64,000 nt of DNA from a virus (IMGVR_UViG_2926558313_000004:72969-136968), one strand, 5' to 3'; positions 1-10,366 are shown, counted from the stretch's first letter. The notes: generated by a model from the sequence alone, not told the origin. Translations and numbers: made by a program.

Positions 1-563
1 ATGCTTCAAAGTGGGATATAACACATATTATATCCTTATTTTACGCTGTTTTTTGGCTATATTTTAACAAAGGAGGGGGCTAATAAACATCCAAAAAACT
101 ACCATAATTTCCATATTTTGCTAGAACACATCCACTCCTCCACTCACTCAATTTTTAAACTCGACTCCCCTCACACTCCCTACCTCACAATTTCACCTGA
201 ATCTACACTCGAACTCACATCGAAATTTCCCCTTCATCTCGCCATTTTTACTCACTCAATTTTCCTCATTTTCACTCAATTTTGTCTCTAATCACCCTAC
301 AACCCCTACTACATCAACTCTTTTCGATATTCTCACCTGTCTAATCACCTTATAACCCTTATCCCATCTATGTTTTCACCCCTTAATCCCCACTTTTTCG
401 ATCACACTTTTCTGCTCTCCCAATTATTCATTAAATTATATGTATCACCTTCAATTTATTCCTTCATAATCACTTAATTCACCACTTCCACTAAAATACT
501 CTGACACTTTTCGATACAGCGAAAGGACATTGATGTAATATTCTAAAAGTGTTAGCTAATCCT

Positions 564-591
564 TTCGCTAATTTTTTAAATATGGTACTAT
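564..591 (+). promoter_or_regulatory. Putative sigma-A promoter of antisense antitoxin RNA
   Basis: Weak -35 (TTCGCT), then TGgTACTAT extended -10, pointing toward the 3' end of the small toxin gene. Confidence 0.45.
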
Positions 592-596
592 AAATC

Positions 597-746
597 TAGT
601 TACAAAATGTAACATTCGGTTACTTTAGTTTACTTACGCTTTCTAGCGTTCAGAAACACCTTCAGTTTTGATCGCATGTGCCACCATAACATCAAAACTG
701 ACCCGTAGCTTATTAGTTTAGTTAAAAACTGGTAAGCTACTTTTTT
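597..746 (+). ncRNA. Putative type I antitoxin antisense RNA (RatA/SR4-like arrangement)
   Basis: Hairpin CAGTTTTGAT(663-672)/ATCAAAACTG(691-700); terminator GTAGCTTA...TAAGCTAC+TTTTTT (705-746) overlaps the 3' end of the convergent toxin ORF. Confidence 0.55.
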
Positions 747-832
747 GTCATTTTCAAAACAAGATTCAAGAGTCCAATCATAAACAAGCCTCCTGTAAAC
801 AATAATGTAAGCAATGACATTGTATCTCCCAT
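737..832 (-). CDS. Type I toxin, 31-aa single-TM holin-like peptide (MGDTMSLLTLLFTGGLFMIGLLNLVLKMTKK)
   Basis: Strong RBS AAAGGGGTGAGG, hydrophobic helix with basic C-terminus, upstream TTGAAT-18-TAAGCT; not in the ORF track. Confidence 0.75.
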   Translation of the reverse strand: MGDTMSLLTLLFTGGLFMIGLLNLVLKMTKK

Positions 833-1364
833 AGCCTCACCCCTTTCTCTTATTTTCATGGGTAAGCTTACCACATAATTCTACCCTTATTCAATATTTT
901 GTACTCCCTTTTTTTTGAATCACACTATATATAGTAATCTTTTTGATTCAGGCGTAAAAAGTCAACTATGAAAAGATGTAAAAAATGAAGTATTAACGAG
1001 TTTCCCATAGAATTTCATCTATTTACCCACTTATTTGAATCGTTCTCTAATTTGTTAAATTAATCAGTACACTTCACACCTTACCATATAAAGGATTCAC
1101 ATATCTCTTAAAATCCTTGACTATATTTTTTCTTGGTGTATATTATTCTGTTTCTCTTTCACAATCAATTCTACCCAGAATTATATGTCTCAACTCCTTT
1201 ATAATTTTACTCAAGACTCCTTCCGAATAGTTTTACCCTCACCACTCTTTAAATTTCTAAATCATGTTAATTTAACATAATCTACAGAAAGAGGGGGGTT
1301 ATTTTACACCAAAATAAAAATGGATAGTATAATCACTACCCATTCCATAAATTATTCTCTACAT

Positions 1365-3137
1365 TTACCTACTATACTCCATAATAAAGCGATTATTTTC
1401 ACCAATCTGACTTAGATATAAGCAATCCTTAGCTCTTGTTACTGCCACATAAAATAATCTCGCCTCTTCGACTAAATCACTTTTGCTATGTGGAAACTTG
1501 CTATCCTCTACTCCAATAACAAATGTATGTTTGAATTCCAATCCCTTGCTGCTATGTACTGACATCATTTTCACACATTTTTCTTTTACCTTTTTCTTCT
1601 CTTCGCTCATATATACATAATCAATGAACGACTCAAGAGTGTTGCTCTTAATAAACGATTTCAAGGTATTCAATGAATCAATTCTCTCCTTGACTTCCTC
1701 TTCACTTGGATACTTATCTTGAATAAAGGCAATAAATTGAAATGACTTAATAATATTATCAATTAATTTTTCCAATGGAACATTCTTTGATTTTTGCAAG
1801 ATTAGCTTATTCATGATTTCACCAAACTCTCTTGCGCTTCTATTTTGGAAGTCTTTTGGAAAACGGAAATTAATAAATGACTCATATAAAGATTGATTAT
1901 TTGCTCCGGCATTTACTTTAATGCTATTGAGTAATTGATTACTCATGTATTTTAATGGCTTAGTCTTAATCTTATAAATTGTCTCAAAAGCATTATCATC
2001 ATGTGGATCTTGAATTAATCTAAGATATGACATAATCCCAACGATCTCTTTACGTTTAAAGAAGCTGCTCTTATTTGAGATATCATAAGGAATATCCCTT
2101 CTTTTTAACTCTCCTTCTACATATCCAGAATGAGAATTTACTCTATACAAGATTCCAATCTCTTGAGGCTCCACACCATCTCTTAATAATTGTTCTACTT
2201 TATCACAAACATCAAAGGCTTCTTCTTCTCTGCTCCCATAAGTCAAAATGGAAATTTGTCCTTCATCACTTCTAAATGCCTCTGCATCTTTATAGTGTTT
2301 ATAATCCTTACAATACTCTCGGATAAACTGATTCGCTCTTTCAACAATTGCTTGAGAGGATCGATAATTTGTGAACAAGTTTATTGTCTTAGCATTTTGC
2401 CAATCTTTCTCAAAATTCATGCAGTATTCGGGGTTTCCCCCACGAAATTTATAGATCGCTTGATTTGGATCAAATACACAATAAATGTTGCCTGACTTAC
2501 ATAATTCCTTCAAGAGAAGGTTTTGTACTAAATTAGAGTCCTGATGTTCATCGACTAATACAAAGTCATATGTATATTTACCACTTAATTTTTTGAGTAA
2601 GTCATAGCACATAATTAAGTAATCATCGAAATCATATTTATTGTGCTTCTTTTTGTATTCCTCATAATTTTTATAGAAAGACCGTAATTTATCTTCTGGG
2701 TAATCACTCTCCTTAAATACAAATTCATCTTTCTCACTTCTCATGTAGCATTTTTGATAAGAAATGTAGCTTGCAATATCTTCATAGTTACATTCAGAAT
2801 CAATAGCTCTATGACAATTCTCAATTTCATATGGCTTAATTAGGTTGGAGCTTAGATTATATCCTTCATTAGAAAGAATCTTCCCACAAATGGAATGGAA
2901 TGTACCAACATTAACGTCTCTAAACCCCATTTTATTTAATTTTGCTTTTAATTCATCTGCAGTATTACGTGTAAAGCTAATTGATAAGATTTCTTTCTGA
3001 TCAACCTTATGATTATCAATCAGATTTTTAATCCTATTTATCAATACTGTAGTTTTCCCTGATCCTGCCCCAGCTACAATTCCATATGCGCCTTCGTAAA
3101 CATTGATTGCTTCAATTTGCTGTTCATTAAAATTCAA
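1365..3137 (-). CDS. UvrD/PcrA-family SF1A DNA helicase
   Basis: AGAGSGKTT Walker A, VDEHQD, DPNQAIYKFRG, NYRS, HSSKGLEF, EEARLFYVAVTRAK. Confidence 0.95.
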   Translation of the reverse strand: MNFNEQQIEAINVYEGAYGIVAGAGSGKTTVLINRIKNLIDNHKVDQKEILSISFTRNTADELKAKLNKMGFRDVNVGTFHSICGKILSNEGYNLSSNLIKPYEIENCHRAIDSECNYEDIASYISYQKCYMRSEKDEFVFKESDYPEDKLRSFYKNYEEYKKKHNKYDFDDYLIMCYDLLKKLSGKYTYDFVLVDEHQDSNLVQNLLLKELCKSGNIYCVFDPNQAIYKFRGGNPEYCMNFEKDWQNAKTINLFTNYRSSQAIVERANQFIREYCKDYKHYKDAEAFRSDEGQISILTYGSREEEAFDVCDKVEQLLRDGVEPQEIGILYRVNSHSGYVEGELKRRDIPYDISNKSSFFKRKEIVGIMSYLRLIQDPHDDNAFETIYKIKTKPLKYMSNQLLNSIKVNAGANNQSLYESFINFRFPKDFQNRSAREFGEIMNKLILQKSKNVPLEKLIDNIIKSFQFIAFIQDKYPSEEEVKERIDSLNTLKSFIKSNTLESFIDYVYMSEEKKKVKEKCVKMMSVHSSKGLEFKHTFVIGVEDSKFPHSKSDLVEEARLFYVAVTRAKDCLYLSQIGENNRFIMEYSR

Positions 3138-3189
3138 ATTATTATCTCCTTTATTTAATTTAATTTATTTTTAAGCTGTTGTTTTTTGA

Positions 3190-3410
3190 AATTGGTCAAG
3201 CGTTAGCGCGACCAATTTAGAATGTATATATCTCTTGTATCTATTACTTGTATATATTATCTGTATCTATATATATTAAAACCTCTTTTTAGATCGCAAT
3301 TTATACCGTATTAATTGATACGCAACCTAGTAACTTTTGATTTTCATCTGGTACTATTTGATTCGTATCTGGTACTTTTTGAACACTATCTGGTATAAAT
3401 TGCGATACGC
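3190..3410. repeat. Putative replication origin: four 21-bp-phased iterons, a 15-bp inverted repeat and an AT-rich tract
   Basis: ATCTGGTA at 3346, 3367, 3388 and ACCTAGTA at 3325; ATCGCAATTTATACC (3293-3307) / GGTATAAATTGCGAT (3392-3406); TGTAT/TATAT-rich tract at about 3220-3280; directly downstream of the initiator-like gene. Confidence 0.7.
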
Positions 3411-3438
3411 TGATTTATAAGGCTTCTTGAGCCATATT

Positions 3439-4107
3439 TTATGTGTCTGAATCCCCTATTAATTTGGTTATATTCTCCAACTTAACATAAGTATGATTTG
3501 CATACTGAACATAATCAATCATGTTTCCATCTTTCTCCCATCCCGCATGTTCCAACTTATGTTTTTTTATTCTAATCAACTTATTCTTTTTAAGTATTTC
3601 GTTGTATTTCATGATTGTATTTTTAGAAATCCCAGTTTCTTGTGAAATAGTTGATATGGAAGCATAGCAGCGATCTTTATATAATTCTAATCGGTTTATT
3701 CTTGATTCATAATAATAAATCAACCTAACTCCTACACTTCCAATTTGATCGACTATTCTTTTGTCTAAAAGTCTTATATCAACTTGGGTAAAATAATTCT
3801 TACTATGTAGAGTTGTCATTTCTTTATTGATATGAACTTGCAAAGCCTTTTTCTTTGGAAAAGACTTTATTTCATTTAGAATTAACTTATTTTCATACAT
3901 ATTATTGAAAATTAGTTTTAAACTGCGATTATCTGAGACAGATAAATAGTTCTTTAAGGCGGTATGATTCACTTCTAACAATTCGGATTTACACCTTCCG
4001 TAAAGTTCACATAATTTAGCGAACAGCAGGAAGGCGCTAGATTTCAGAGCAGGATTCCTTACCACTTCTTCTGTAAGGAGCTGCAGTTTAAACACCTTAT
4101 CTGACAC
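3439..4107 (-). CDS. Putative replication initiator (winged HTH)
   Basis: C-terminal HTH ASISTISQETGISKNTIMKYNEILKKNKLI; lies between two helicases and next to the iterons. Confidence 0.65.
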   Translation of the reverse strand: MSDKVFKLQLLTEEVVRNPALKSSAFLLFAKLCELYGRCKSELLEVNHTALKNYLSVSDNRSLKLIFNNMYENKLILNEIKSFPKKKALQVHINKEMTTLHSKNYFTQVDIRLLDKRIVDQIGSVGVRLIYYYESRINRLELYKDRCYASISTISQETGISKNTIMKYNEILKKNKLIRIKKHKLEHAGWEKDGNMIDYVQYANHTYVKLENITKLIGDSDT

Positions 4108-4149
4108 CAGCCCCCTCCTTTCTTTTTATTAATTTTAATTTATTTTATT

Positions 4150-6348
4150 TTATTTATTTTGAAACATTTCACCTAAAAATGTCCTGCGCTCATGACTTAC
4201 GTCAGTATTTATGGCATAGCGTAAAGCACTTAATTCACAAATCATCATACACCATTTGCTTGCACGAGTAGGACCAGTATAAACAAATTGTCTACTTAGA
4301 AGTTTATACGAAGAATAATCAAATACAAATAGAACATTTTTTATAGTTGATCCTTGTGATCTATGTACGCTAATAGCATAAGCCAATTCAATTTGGTCTA
4401 GTTCCTCCTCAGTATACTTAATTACCCTATCAATCCCTTCAAATTGAATGTATACTTCATGCTTTTTATTTCCTTTGATATATGTCTCTTGTATATCAAT
4501 AATTTTACCAATTGTACCATTGAATACACTTATCTCGCCATCTTCTCCAGCTTCGTAATTGTTTCCACATTGAATTATTTTATCATTAATATAATAAGTA
4601 TACTCACCTTTCTTCACACCTTTTTGGCTAGTATCGTTAAAGATTCCCTGTAATGTTTTATTTAATTGAGTGACTGAAATATCCCCACCTTTTTTTCTGC
4701 CGGTAATAACTTGAAAATCATCAATACTCTTCCCTTTTAGTTTTTTGGCAATATCAATAACAAGAGGAAGTATTCCTCCTTTATTTTTCAATCCATACAC
4801 ATAAAAGTCCTCTAATTCACCAAAAACATGCTTGCCAAATTCATCACTCTGGAGAATTTGATTGCCTTCTCGTATCTCATTTGCTTTTGATAGAATGCCA
4901 GATTTTTTGGCTTGCCTTTGAACTTGAGTTAATTCTATACGAGGGATTTTACCACTATCTATTAGATCTCTAAATACTGCTCCAGCTCCAATGGAAGCAA
5001 GCTGCCCAATATCGCCTAAAATAAATAATTTATAGCCTTCTTTAATTGCTTTAACTAGGCTATTAAAAAGATAAATATTTACCATTCCACTCTCATCTAA
5101 GGCGGTAATGTGGTATGGTAATTTATTCTCTTCATTGTATTTAAACTTAACTCCATCAGTTCCAAGCGTACGGTGTAGTGTCATTCCATTTAATCCGTTT
5201 TTCACCAAGATATTTGACGCTTTCCCGCTTAATGCACATGCAACATGATTGTATTGATTATGAATTTTTATAATCCCTTTTAAAACGGTACTCTTTCCCG
5301 TTCCTGCTTTACCATCAATTATTAGCACATTGTATTTTAATGACAGTTTAATAGCTTCCATTTGCTCTTCAGAAAAAGAAAAACCTTGTTCGCTTTCTAT
5401 TTCTTTAATTTTATTATTGATTTCTTCTATATTTAGTTTGCTTTCAACTTTAAGAATTCTCTCTAATCTCAACTTAATTTCTTTTTCAGTATCAAATGTA
5501 TATCTATTAGCTACCCTATTTTCATCTTGATAAAAATACCTCTTATCTAATGCTTGAATATGTACTTCTATAATAGAACGCTCAATCTCTAGCAATTCCT
5601 TCATCTTTTCAACTAGATCAAACTTTGTCATCCATGTATGACCTTCTTGCTCCTCACTCTTCAATATAAAGATGATGGCAGCTTGAATCCGATTGGGATT
5701 ATCCTTAGCATCTCCTCTATTCATGGCATACCCATCTACTTTTTTAAAACCGAACATCTTAACTTCACACAAGGAATAAATATTATCTTTTACTTTTTGC
5801 ACTACCAGCTCCGGACTGCCAAAATGATCCACTAGCTTTTTCATTGCCTTAAAATTAATATTTAGGTCTTTTAGTTCCGTAATGGCATCTTGCATATCTA
5901 AATTTGCTAATAAATAACTCCTGATTTTTTTATACCTTTTTTCACCAATGCCATGTATGTCTGTATAATCAAATGTATCCTCTTTCATCATGTCTAATAT
6001 TTTTTCATTTGGGTATTTTTGGATAATCGCATTAGCTTGAGATTCTGGCAATAAAGCTCTTATATATTCTTGCTGAGAACTTGCTGTCGTGGGTTTTTCC
6101 TGTTTTACAGAAACAAATCCATACCCTTTTCCGTATTTAGGATGAAATGTTGATTCAATCTCAAGATCGTACTCTTTACCTTCAATTAATTCAAAAGTAT
6201 TCCCACTGACTACAAAAGTATTGAATTTATCAGTAATAATGTCATTTCTTTTCTCAATGGGTGTGAATCCATAAACACCCCATGAACTCTCTTCATTATA
6301 AAACCTTTTATGATCAACCACCGCTTTTATTTTGATCACTTCTTCCAA
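4150..6348 (-). CDS. recD2: RecD2-like SF1B helicase
   Basis: N-terminal OB and HhH regions (IHGIGEK, FGFKKVD), GKAGTGKST, DESGMV, GDIGQLASIGAG, AYAISVHRSQGS, YTGPTRA. Confidence 0.9.
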   Translation of the reverse strand: MEEVIKIKAVVDHKRFYNEESSWGVYGFTPIEKRNDIITDKFNTFVVSGNTFELIEGKEYDLEIESTFHPKYGKGYGFVSVKQEKPTTASSQQEYIRALLPESQANAIIQKYPNEKILDMMKEDTFDYTDIHGIGEKRYKKIRSYLLANLDMQDAITELKDLNINFKAMKKLVDHFGSPELVVQKVKDNIYSLCEVKMFGFKKVDGYAMNRGDAKDNPNRIQAAIIFILKSEEQEGHTWMTKFDLVEKMKELLEIERSIIEVHIQALDKRYFYQDENRVANRYTFDTEKEIKLRLERILKVESKLNIEEINNKIKEIESEQGFSFSEEQMEAIKLSLKYNVLIIDGKAGTGKSTVLKGIIKIHNQYNHVACALSGKASNILVKNGLNGMTLHRTLGTDGVKFKYNEENKLPYHITALDESGMVNIYLFNSLVKAIKEGYKLFILGDIGQLASIGAGAVFRDLIDSGKIPRIELTQVQRQAKKSGILSKANEIREGNQILQSDEFGKHVFGELEDFYVYGLKNKGGILPLVIDIAKKLKGKSIDDFQVITGRKKGGDISVTQLNKTLQGIFNDTSQKGVKKGEYTYYINDKIIQCGNNYEAGEDGEISVFNGTIGKIIDIQETYIKGNKKHEVYIQFEGIDRVIKYTEEELDQIELAYAISVHRSQGSTIKNVLFVFDYSSYKLLSRQFVYTGPTRASKWCMMICELSALRYAINTDVSHERRTFLGEMFQNK

Positions 6349-6419
6349 ACTATAATCAACTCCTTTATATATTTTAATTTATTTTATTTATCCTTATCAC
6401 TATCCTCCTTTTACTTCGA

Positions 6420-6448
6420 ATCATATCACTTAATCTACCAATAGTCAA
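6420..6448 (-). promoter_or_regulatory. sigma-A promoter of the recD2-rep-helicase operon
   Basis: TTGACT-17-TATGAT with extended TG on the minus strand. Confidence 0.75.
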
Positions 6449-6487
6449 TAAATTATAATTATTTTTTATTTGTATTGGAGGAGCAAA

Positions 6488-8701
6488 TTAACTCCTCCAT
6501 TTGTTTAACTCTTCTTTGCTTGCTATTAATTCATATCCCCTATTCCCTTCATGCTTTATCAGCCATCTATCTTCAATTAACTGATGCATTAATTCCTTTA
6601 TTACTTCTGGTCTTGTTCTCATCTCTTCTCTTAATTTTCTCGCTCTTACTTCCCCTGTGCTAGCGATAATGCGTTTAATTTTATCCAATGGACTTTCTTC
6701 TACTACTTTCGGATTTAAATACCGATTCGATTTTACATATGAGATAATTTTTTTATATGTTTTTTCTTCCTCATTAGCATTTAAAGAAATTACCGCACTT
6801 TGAAATTGCTCAAATGGTTTGATTTGACCTTTTAACTTCATGACTCCATGCCCACTACCCAATAATTCAAATGGAACACCTGTTCCAAAAACTGTTCTGT
6901 ATCCAGAAGAGGTTGATAATCTGAAACTAATCTTAGATGGAATATTGTCTTTAATTATGGTATCAACAATATTTTTATTTGGCTGCTGAGTAGCTATTAT
7001 TAAATGGATTCCAGAAGCCCTTGCTTTTTGACTTATTTTTTGAATACTGTCAACTATTTGGGGATTAGCCATCTTTAAATCTGCGAATTCATCAATTATG
7101 ATTACGATATATGGAAGAGGATCATGGGGATTTTTTTGATTATAACTCTTGATGTCTTTAGCACCTCTCTTTTTAAATAATTCATATCTTTTTTCCATTT
7201 CTTGAATAACCTCATTCTCCATCTTTAACGATGCCTCTTTTGGATCTGTAATTACTGAATTAACGTGAGGAAATTCTTTAAACTGTACTAGTTCTACTTG
7301 TTTTGGGTCAATAAGATAAAGATTAAGGCGACTAGGTGGAACAAAAAGGAGCATTGTTAAAATAGCTTGATTTAAAAAATTGGATTTTCCTCCTCCTGTC
7401 TCACCAGCTATAAGAAGATGGGTTAAAGAAGTCAAACAACGAAATATCGGTTTACCAAATGAATCGAGTCCGACAAAGAAAGGAATTTCCAACTCTATGA
7501 GAGAATTTTGTGTCTTTTTATCAGATAATACTTCACTGAGATAAATCGCATTCTTGTTTTGTTTGGCAATTAAAAACCCAATGGTGTCAGGTTTATCACC
7601 TTGTTCAATTGACAGTGAAGATACTCCAAGTGACACCTGAACATCTTCCTTTTTTGCAATAATTTTTGAATAAACTAAGTCTTTTGGTATGAAGTACTGA
7701 CACCTAATAAAACTAAGACCATCCATTTCATGATCTAATTTCATATCTTTTTCACTTTTAATTACACCTATTCTTTTTAATGTTTTTGGTATTTGTAGAG
7801 AAATATCTCTATATTCATTATTTATACTTTTATTATTGTTCATTGGCAATAGATCAAATATATTGTTTGCGGCATTAACACCCTCCTTTTCTTTGTGCCT
7901 CCCTTCTTCAATTATATCTTTTGTGAGTTCTATTGTATTGTCGTAAGCCAAGAACGAATTTATCTCATTTCTGCTCAAATATTGTTTTTCATAAAATATT
8001 GATGAACCACTTTTAATTTCTTCTATGAAAAAACAGTTCATTCCTGACAGTTTTTTGCACGAATATTTTATTAAGTCTTTAATTAATTTTATTTGGCTAT
8101 TGTTGTTGCTATCGATACCTATCATACATTCAAAACTATATTGATCATCAATTATTTTCTGCTCAATTTCTTTTATAGGACTTCTAATCTTAGATTTTGC
8201 TTTAAGGTTTAATATGTTCCAAATTGACCGATAAAAACCACTTTCTATCGCCAACTCATTTCCGGTGATAAAGTGCTCATATTTTTCTATCTCAGTATCT
8301 CTCCATGCCCCACTCCTTTTTTTAATCATTAATTTAATTATTATTTTATCATTGGGATCAAAAACATGGAGATTACTAAGCAAAGGAGAAATGAGTGAAA
8401 GACCATCTTCTACACCTATCGGAAAGAGCGAGTCTTCTTTCAATTTCAATCGAATCCAGTTGGCAGCATTAATATTAACTCCGTTTACAACTTCACTCAA
8501 TCCTCTGTTTTTCCAGAAATAAGGAGCATGAAGGTAAGACTTGCTTTCGTGTTTATTAATTTCCCATATAACTGACACATGTGCCATTTCTAAGTAGTGA
8601 TTATCAAATAGCTTTTCATGATCTTTAATCATGAAATAACCATATGAATATTTTTCTTCGTCGTTCACATTTATAAAATTTGACAATATTTTATTTAGCA
8701 C
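6488..8701 (-). CDS. FtsK/SpoIIIE-family DNA translocase
   Basis: HLLIAGETGGGKS, LIDPKQVEL, IIIDEFADL, KARASGIHLIIATQQP, LLGSGHG; C-terminal wHTH-like gamma domain. Confidence 0.9.
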   Translation of the reverse strand: MLNKILSNFINVNDEEKYSYGYFMIKDHEKLFDNHYLEMAHVSVIWEINKHESKSYLHAPYFWKNRGLSEVVNGVNINAANWIRLKLKEDSLFPIGVEDGLSLISPLLSNLHVFDPNDKIIIKLMIKKRSGAWRDTEIEKYEHFITGNELAIESGFYRSIWNILNLKAKSKIRSPIKEIEQKIIDDQYSFECMIGIDSNNNSQIKLIKDLIKYSCKKLSGMNCFFIEEIKSGSSIFYEKQYLSRNEINSFLAYDNTIELTKDIIEEGRHKEKEGVNAANNIFDLLPMNNNKSINNEYRDISLQIPKTLKRIGVIKSEKDMKLDHEMDGLSFIRCQYFIPKDLVYSKIIAKKEDVQVSLGVSSLSIEQGDKPDTIGFLIAKQNKNAIYLSEVLSDKKTQNSLIELEIPFFVGLDSFGKPIFRCLTSLTHLLIAGETGGGKSNFLNQAILTMLLFVPPSRLNLYLIDPKQVELVQFKEFPHVNSVITDPKEASLKMENEVIQEMEKRYELFKKRGAKDIKSYNQKNPHDPLPYIVIIIDEFADLKMANPQIVDSIQKISQKARASGIHLIIATQQPNKNIVDTIIKDNIPSKISFRLSTSSGYRTVFGTGVPFELLGSGHGVMKLKGQIKPFEQFQSAVISLNANEEEKTYKKIISYVKSNRYLNPKVVEESPLDKIKRIIASTGEVRARKLREEMRTRPEVIKELMHQLIEDRWLIKHEGNRGYELIASKEELNKWRS

Positions 8702-8714
8702 AATGTCCTCTCCT

Positions 8715-9797
8715 TTACCTAAGAAGTTTTTTACCAGCTAGCTTTACCCAACCAGCGGGTGTAGATAAATTAAGAGACTTTAATGTAAACATAGCTCTAT
8801 ATCCTTTTAACATCTCATTTATCCCTTTTTCTGAAGTAGAAGCCAAGTTCTTGATGAATCTTGGAGGATGGCTCATACGCCAGAAACCACCTGCTACGAT
8901 AATTATGCGAAAAATAGCTTCCCATCCACTGGAAGTCCCCCTAGTAAGAAAAATAAATAATCCTATAAAAGTTATAAATAGAGCATAAGTGAGTTGAACA
9001 ATACAAATATCTTTAATGTTCTCATACCACATAAAAAAGTATTTTTTTGTATCGGTAAATATCCAAGATGACAGTGCAAGAGGCGTAAGGGCGCTTAAAA
9101 CAAACAAGTCAAAATATCTTCGACCGTTTTGTAAAGCAACAGGTATTAAAGTTCCAATCAATAAAACGTCAAAACCAATGAAAGCTAATGTATCTAGTCC
9201 TGACAGAGTTGAAGCTGGCAAATCAGAAGAAGTAGACATGCCACTATAACCTAATTTAGTGATTAACCTAGATAGTTGACTGACATAATAAAAGACTTTT
9301 TCAAGAATAAATGGAGAAAATCCCATTCCTACGATTACAATCGCAAATCGTTTTACGATATCTGAAAAATTATCTGCTTTCTGCTGTCGATTAAACATAA
9401 GCTTTACCGAATTTAAGATAAATCCTATTGTCACCAATCCTATTGATACTCCCGAAAAAATCATTATGTTTTCCCTAAAATAATCATTAGTAAAGATAAA
9501 TGGAGGTATTTGTAGTACGATGCTTGAAATAGCTTCGTAACACCAGCCAAGCAAATCAATACTAGCTACAGCAATTTTTGAATTTAAATCAGCAATCCAA
9601 TCAAAAAACTGATTCAATTTGCTTCCAATTTCATCCCATAGATCTAATTGATCTTTTATACGCTCTCCGATCATTAGCCCCTTCTCTAATCCCTCATCAT
9701 TTTTGCTCAAATCCCAAATTATTTGAGCTGGTGACTTGTATTTAGTGTGAGCAAAAGCTTTTTCACAATTAAGTAGTATAAATGACATGGAAAACAC
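8715..9797 (-). CDS. Polytopic membrane protein, VirB6/TrbL-like; true start probably further upstream
   Basis: About 6-7 hydrophobic segments; RYFDLFVLSALTPLALSSWI...YFFMWYENIK pattern typical of VirB6-like proteins. Confidence 0.55.
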   Translation of the reverse strand: MFSMSFILLNCEKAFAHTKYKSPAQIIWDLSKNDEGLEKGLMIGERIKDQLDLWDEIGSKLNQFFDWIADLNSKIAVASIDLLGWCYEAISSIVLQIPPFIFTNDYFRENIMIFSGVSIGLVTIGFILNSVKLMFNRQQKADNFSDIVKRFAIVIVGMGFSPFILEKVFYYVSQLSRLITKLGYSGMSTSSDLPASTLSGLDTLAFIGFDVLLIGTLIPVALQNGRRYFDLFVLSALTPLALSSWIFTDTKKYFFMWYENIKDICIVQLTYALFITFIGLFIFLTRGTSSGWEAIFRIIIVAGGFWRMSHPPRFIKNLASTSEKGINEMLKGYRAMFTLKSLNLSTPAGWVKLAGKKLLR

Positions 9798-9829
9798 AGA
9801 AACAGGGATGATTATTTTTTTATATTTAT

Positions 9830-10366
9830 TTATAAGGGAAGTTGAAAGTTCGGCAATCCTCCCAACAATAATTTTGCCACAGTTAGTAAAATGATGATTA
9901 CGGTGGGCGTTATTAGTATTTGTGTCATCCCTTTGATTGAATTTGATGCTGATTCCATTGCTTTTTTGTGATATTTCTCGTTTGGATGATAGTAATAAAG
10001 TCGAGTTATAAGAAGAACCAAAGCCCCGATCCCTATTCCAATTATTACTGAATAGTCTATTAGCATTTTGACTACTTCCATTAATTCTGTCGAGGTGGGT
10101 AGACCTGTTATTTCTGCCACTGATTTCTCTTCTGCACTGGCTTTGATTGGTTTTGTAATTGCTGTGGTTGATAGGAGCAGTGGAATGGTGTTTTCCAATA
10201 TTTTTTGTTTGCTGTTTGGTAGCTTTTTCACCTCCTTTCTTAGTTGATCCACTAAAAAACTTAGTTGATTTGAGTTTCTGTCACTAATTGTTATAACCTT
10301 ATTTGGCTTCTTGTACTTGACGTAGCTCTTCAAGGACTTCGCTTGCATGTTCACCTGTATAGACAT
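9830..10366 (-). CDS. Membrane protein with VirB2/TrbC pilin-like C-terminal half
   Basis: RBS AGAGGAGG before ATG at 10366; internal AxA cleavage-like site (KASAEE) followed by two TM helices. Confidence 0.5.
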   Translation of the reverse strand: MSIQVNMQAKSLKSYVKYKKPNKVITISDRNSNQLSFLVDQLRKEVKKLPNSKQKILENTIPLLLSTTAITKPIKASAEEKSVAEITGLPTSTELMEVVKMLIDYSVIIGIGIGALVLLITRLYYYHPNEKYHKKAMESASNSIKGMTQILITPTVIIILLTVAKLLLGGLPNFQLPL

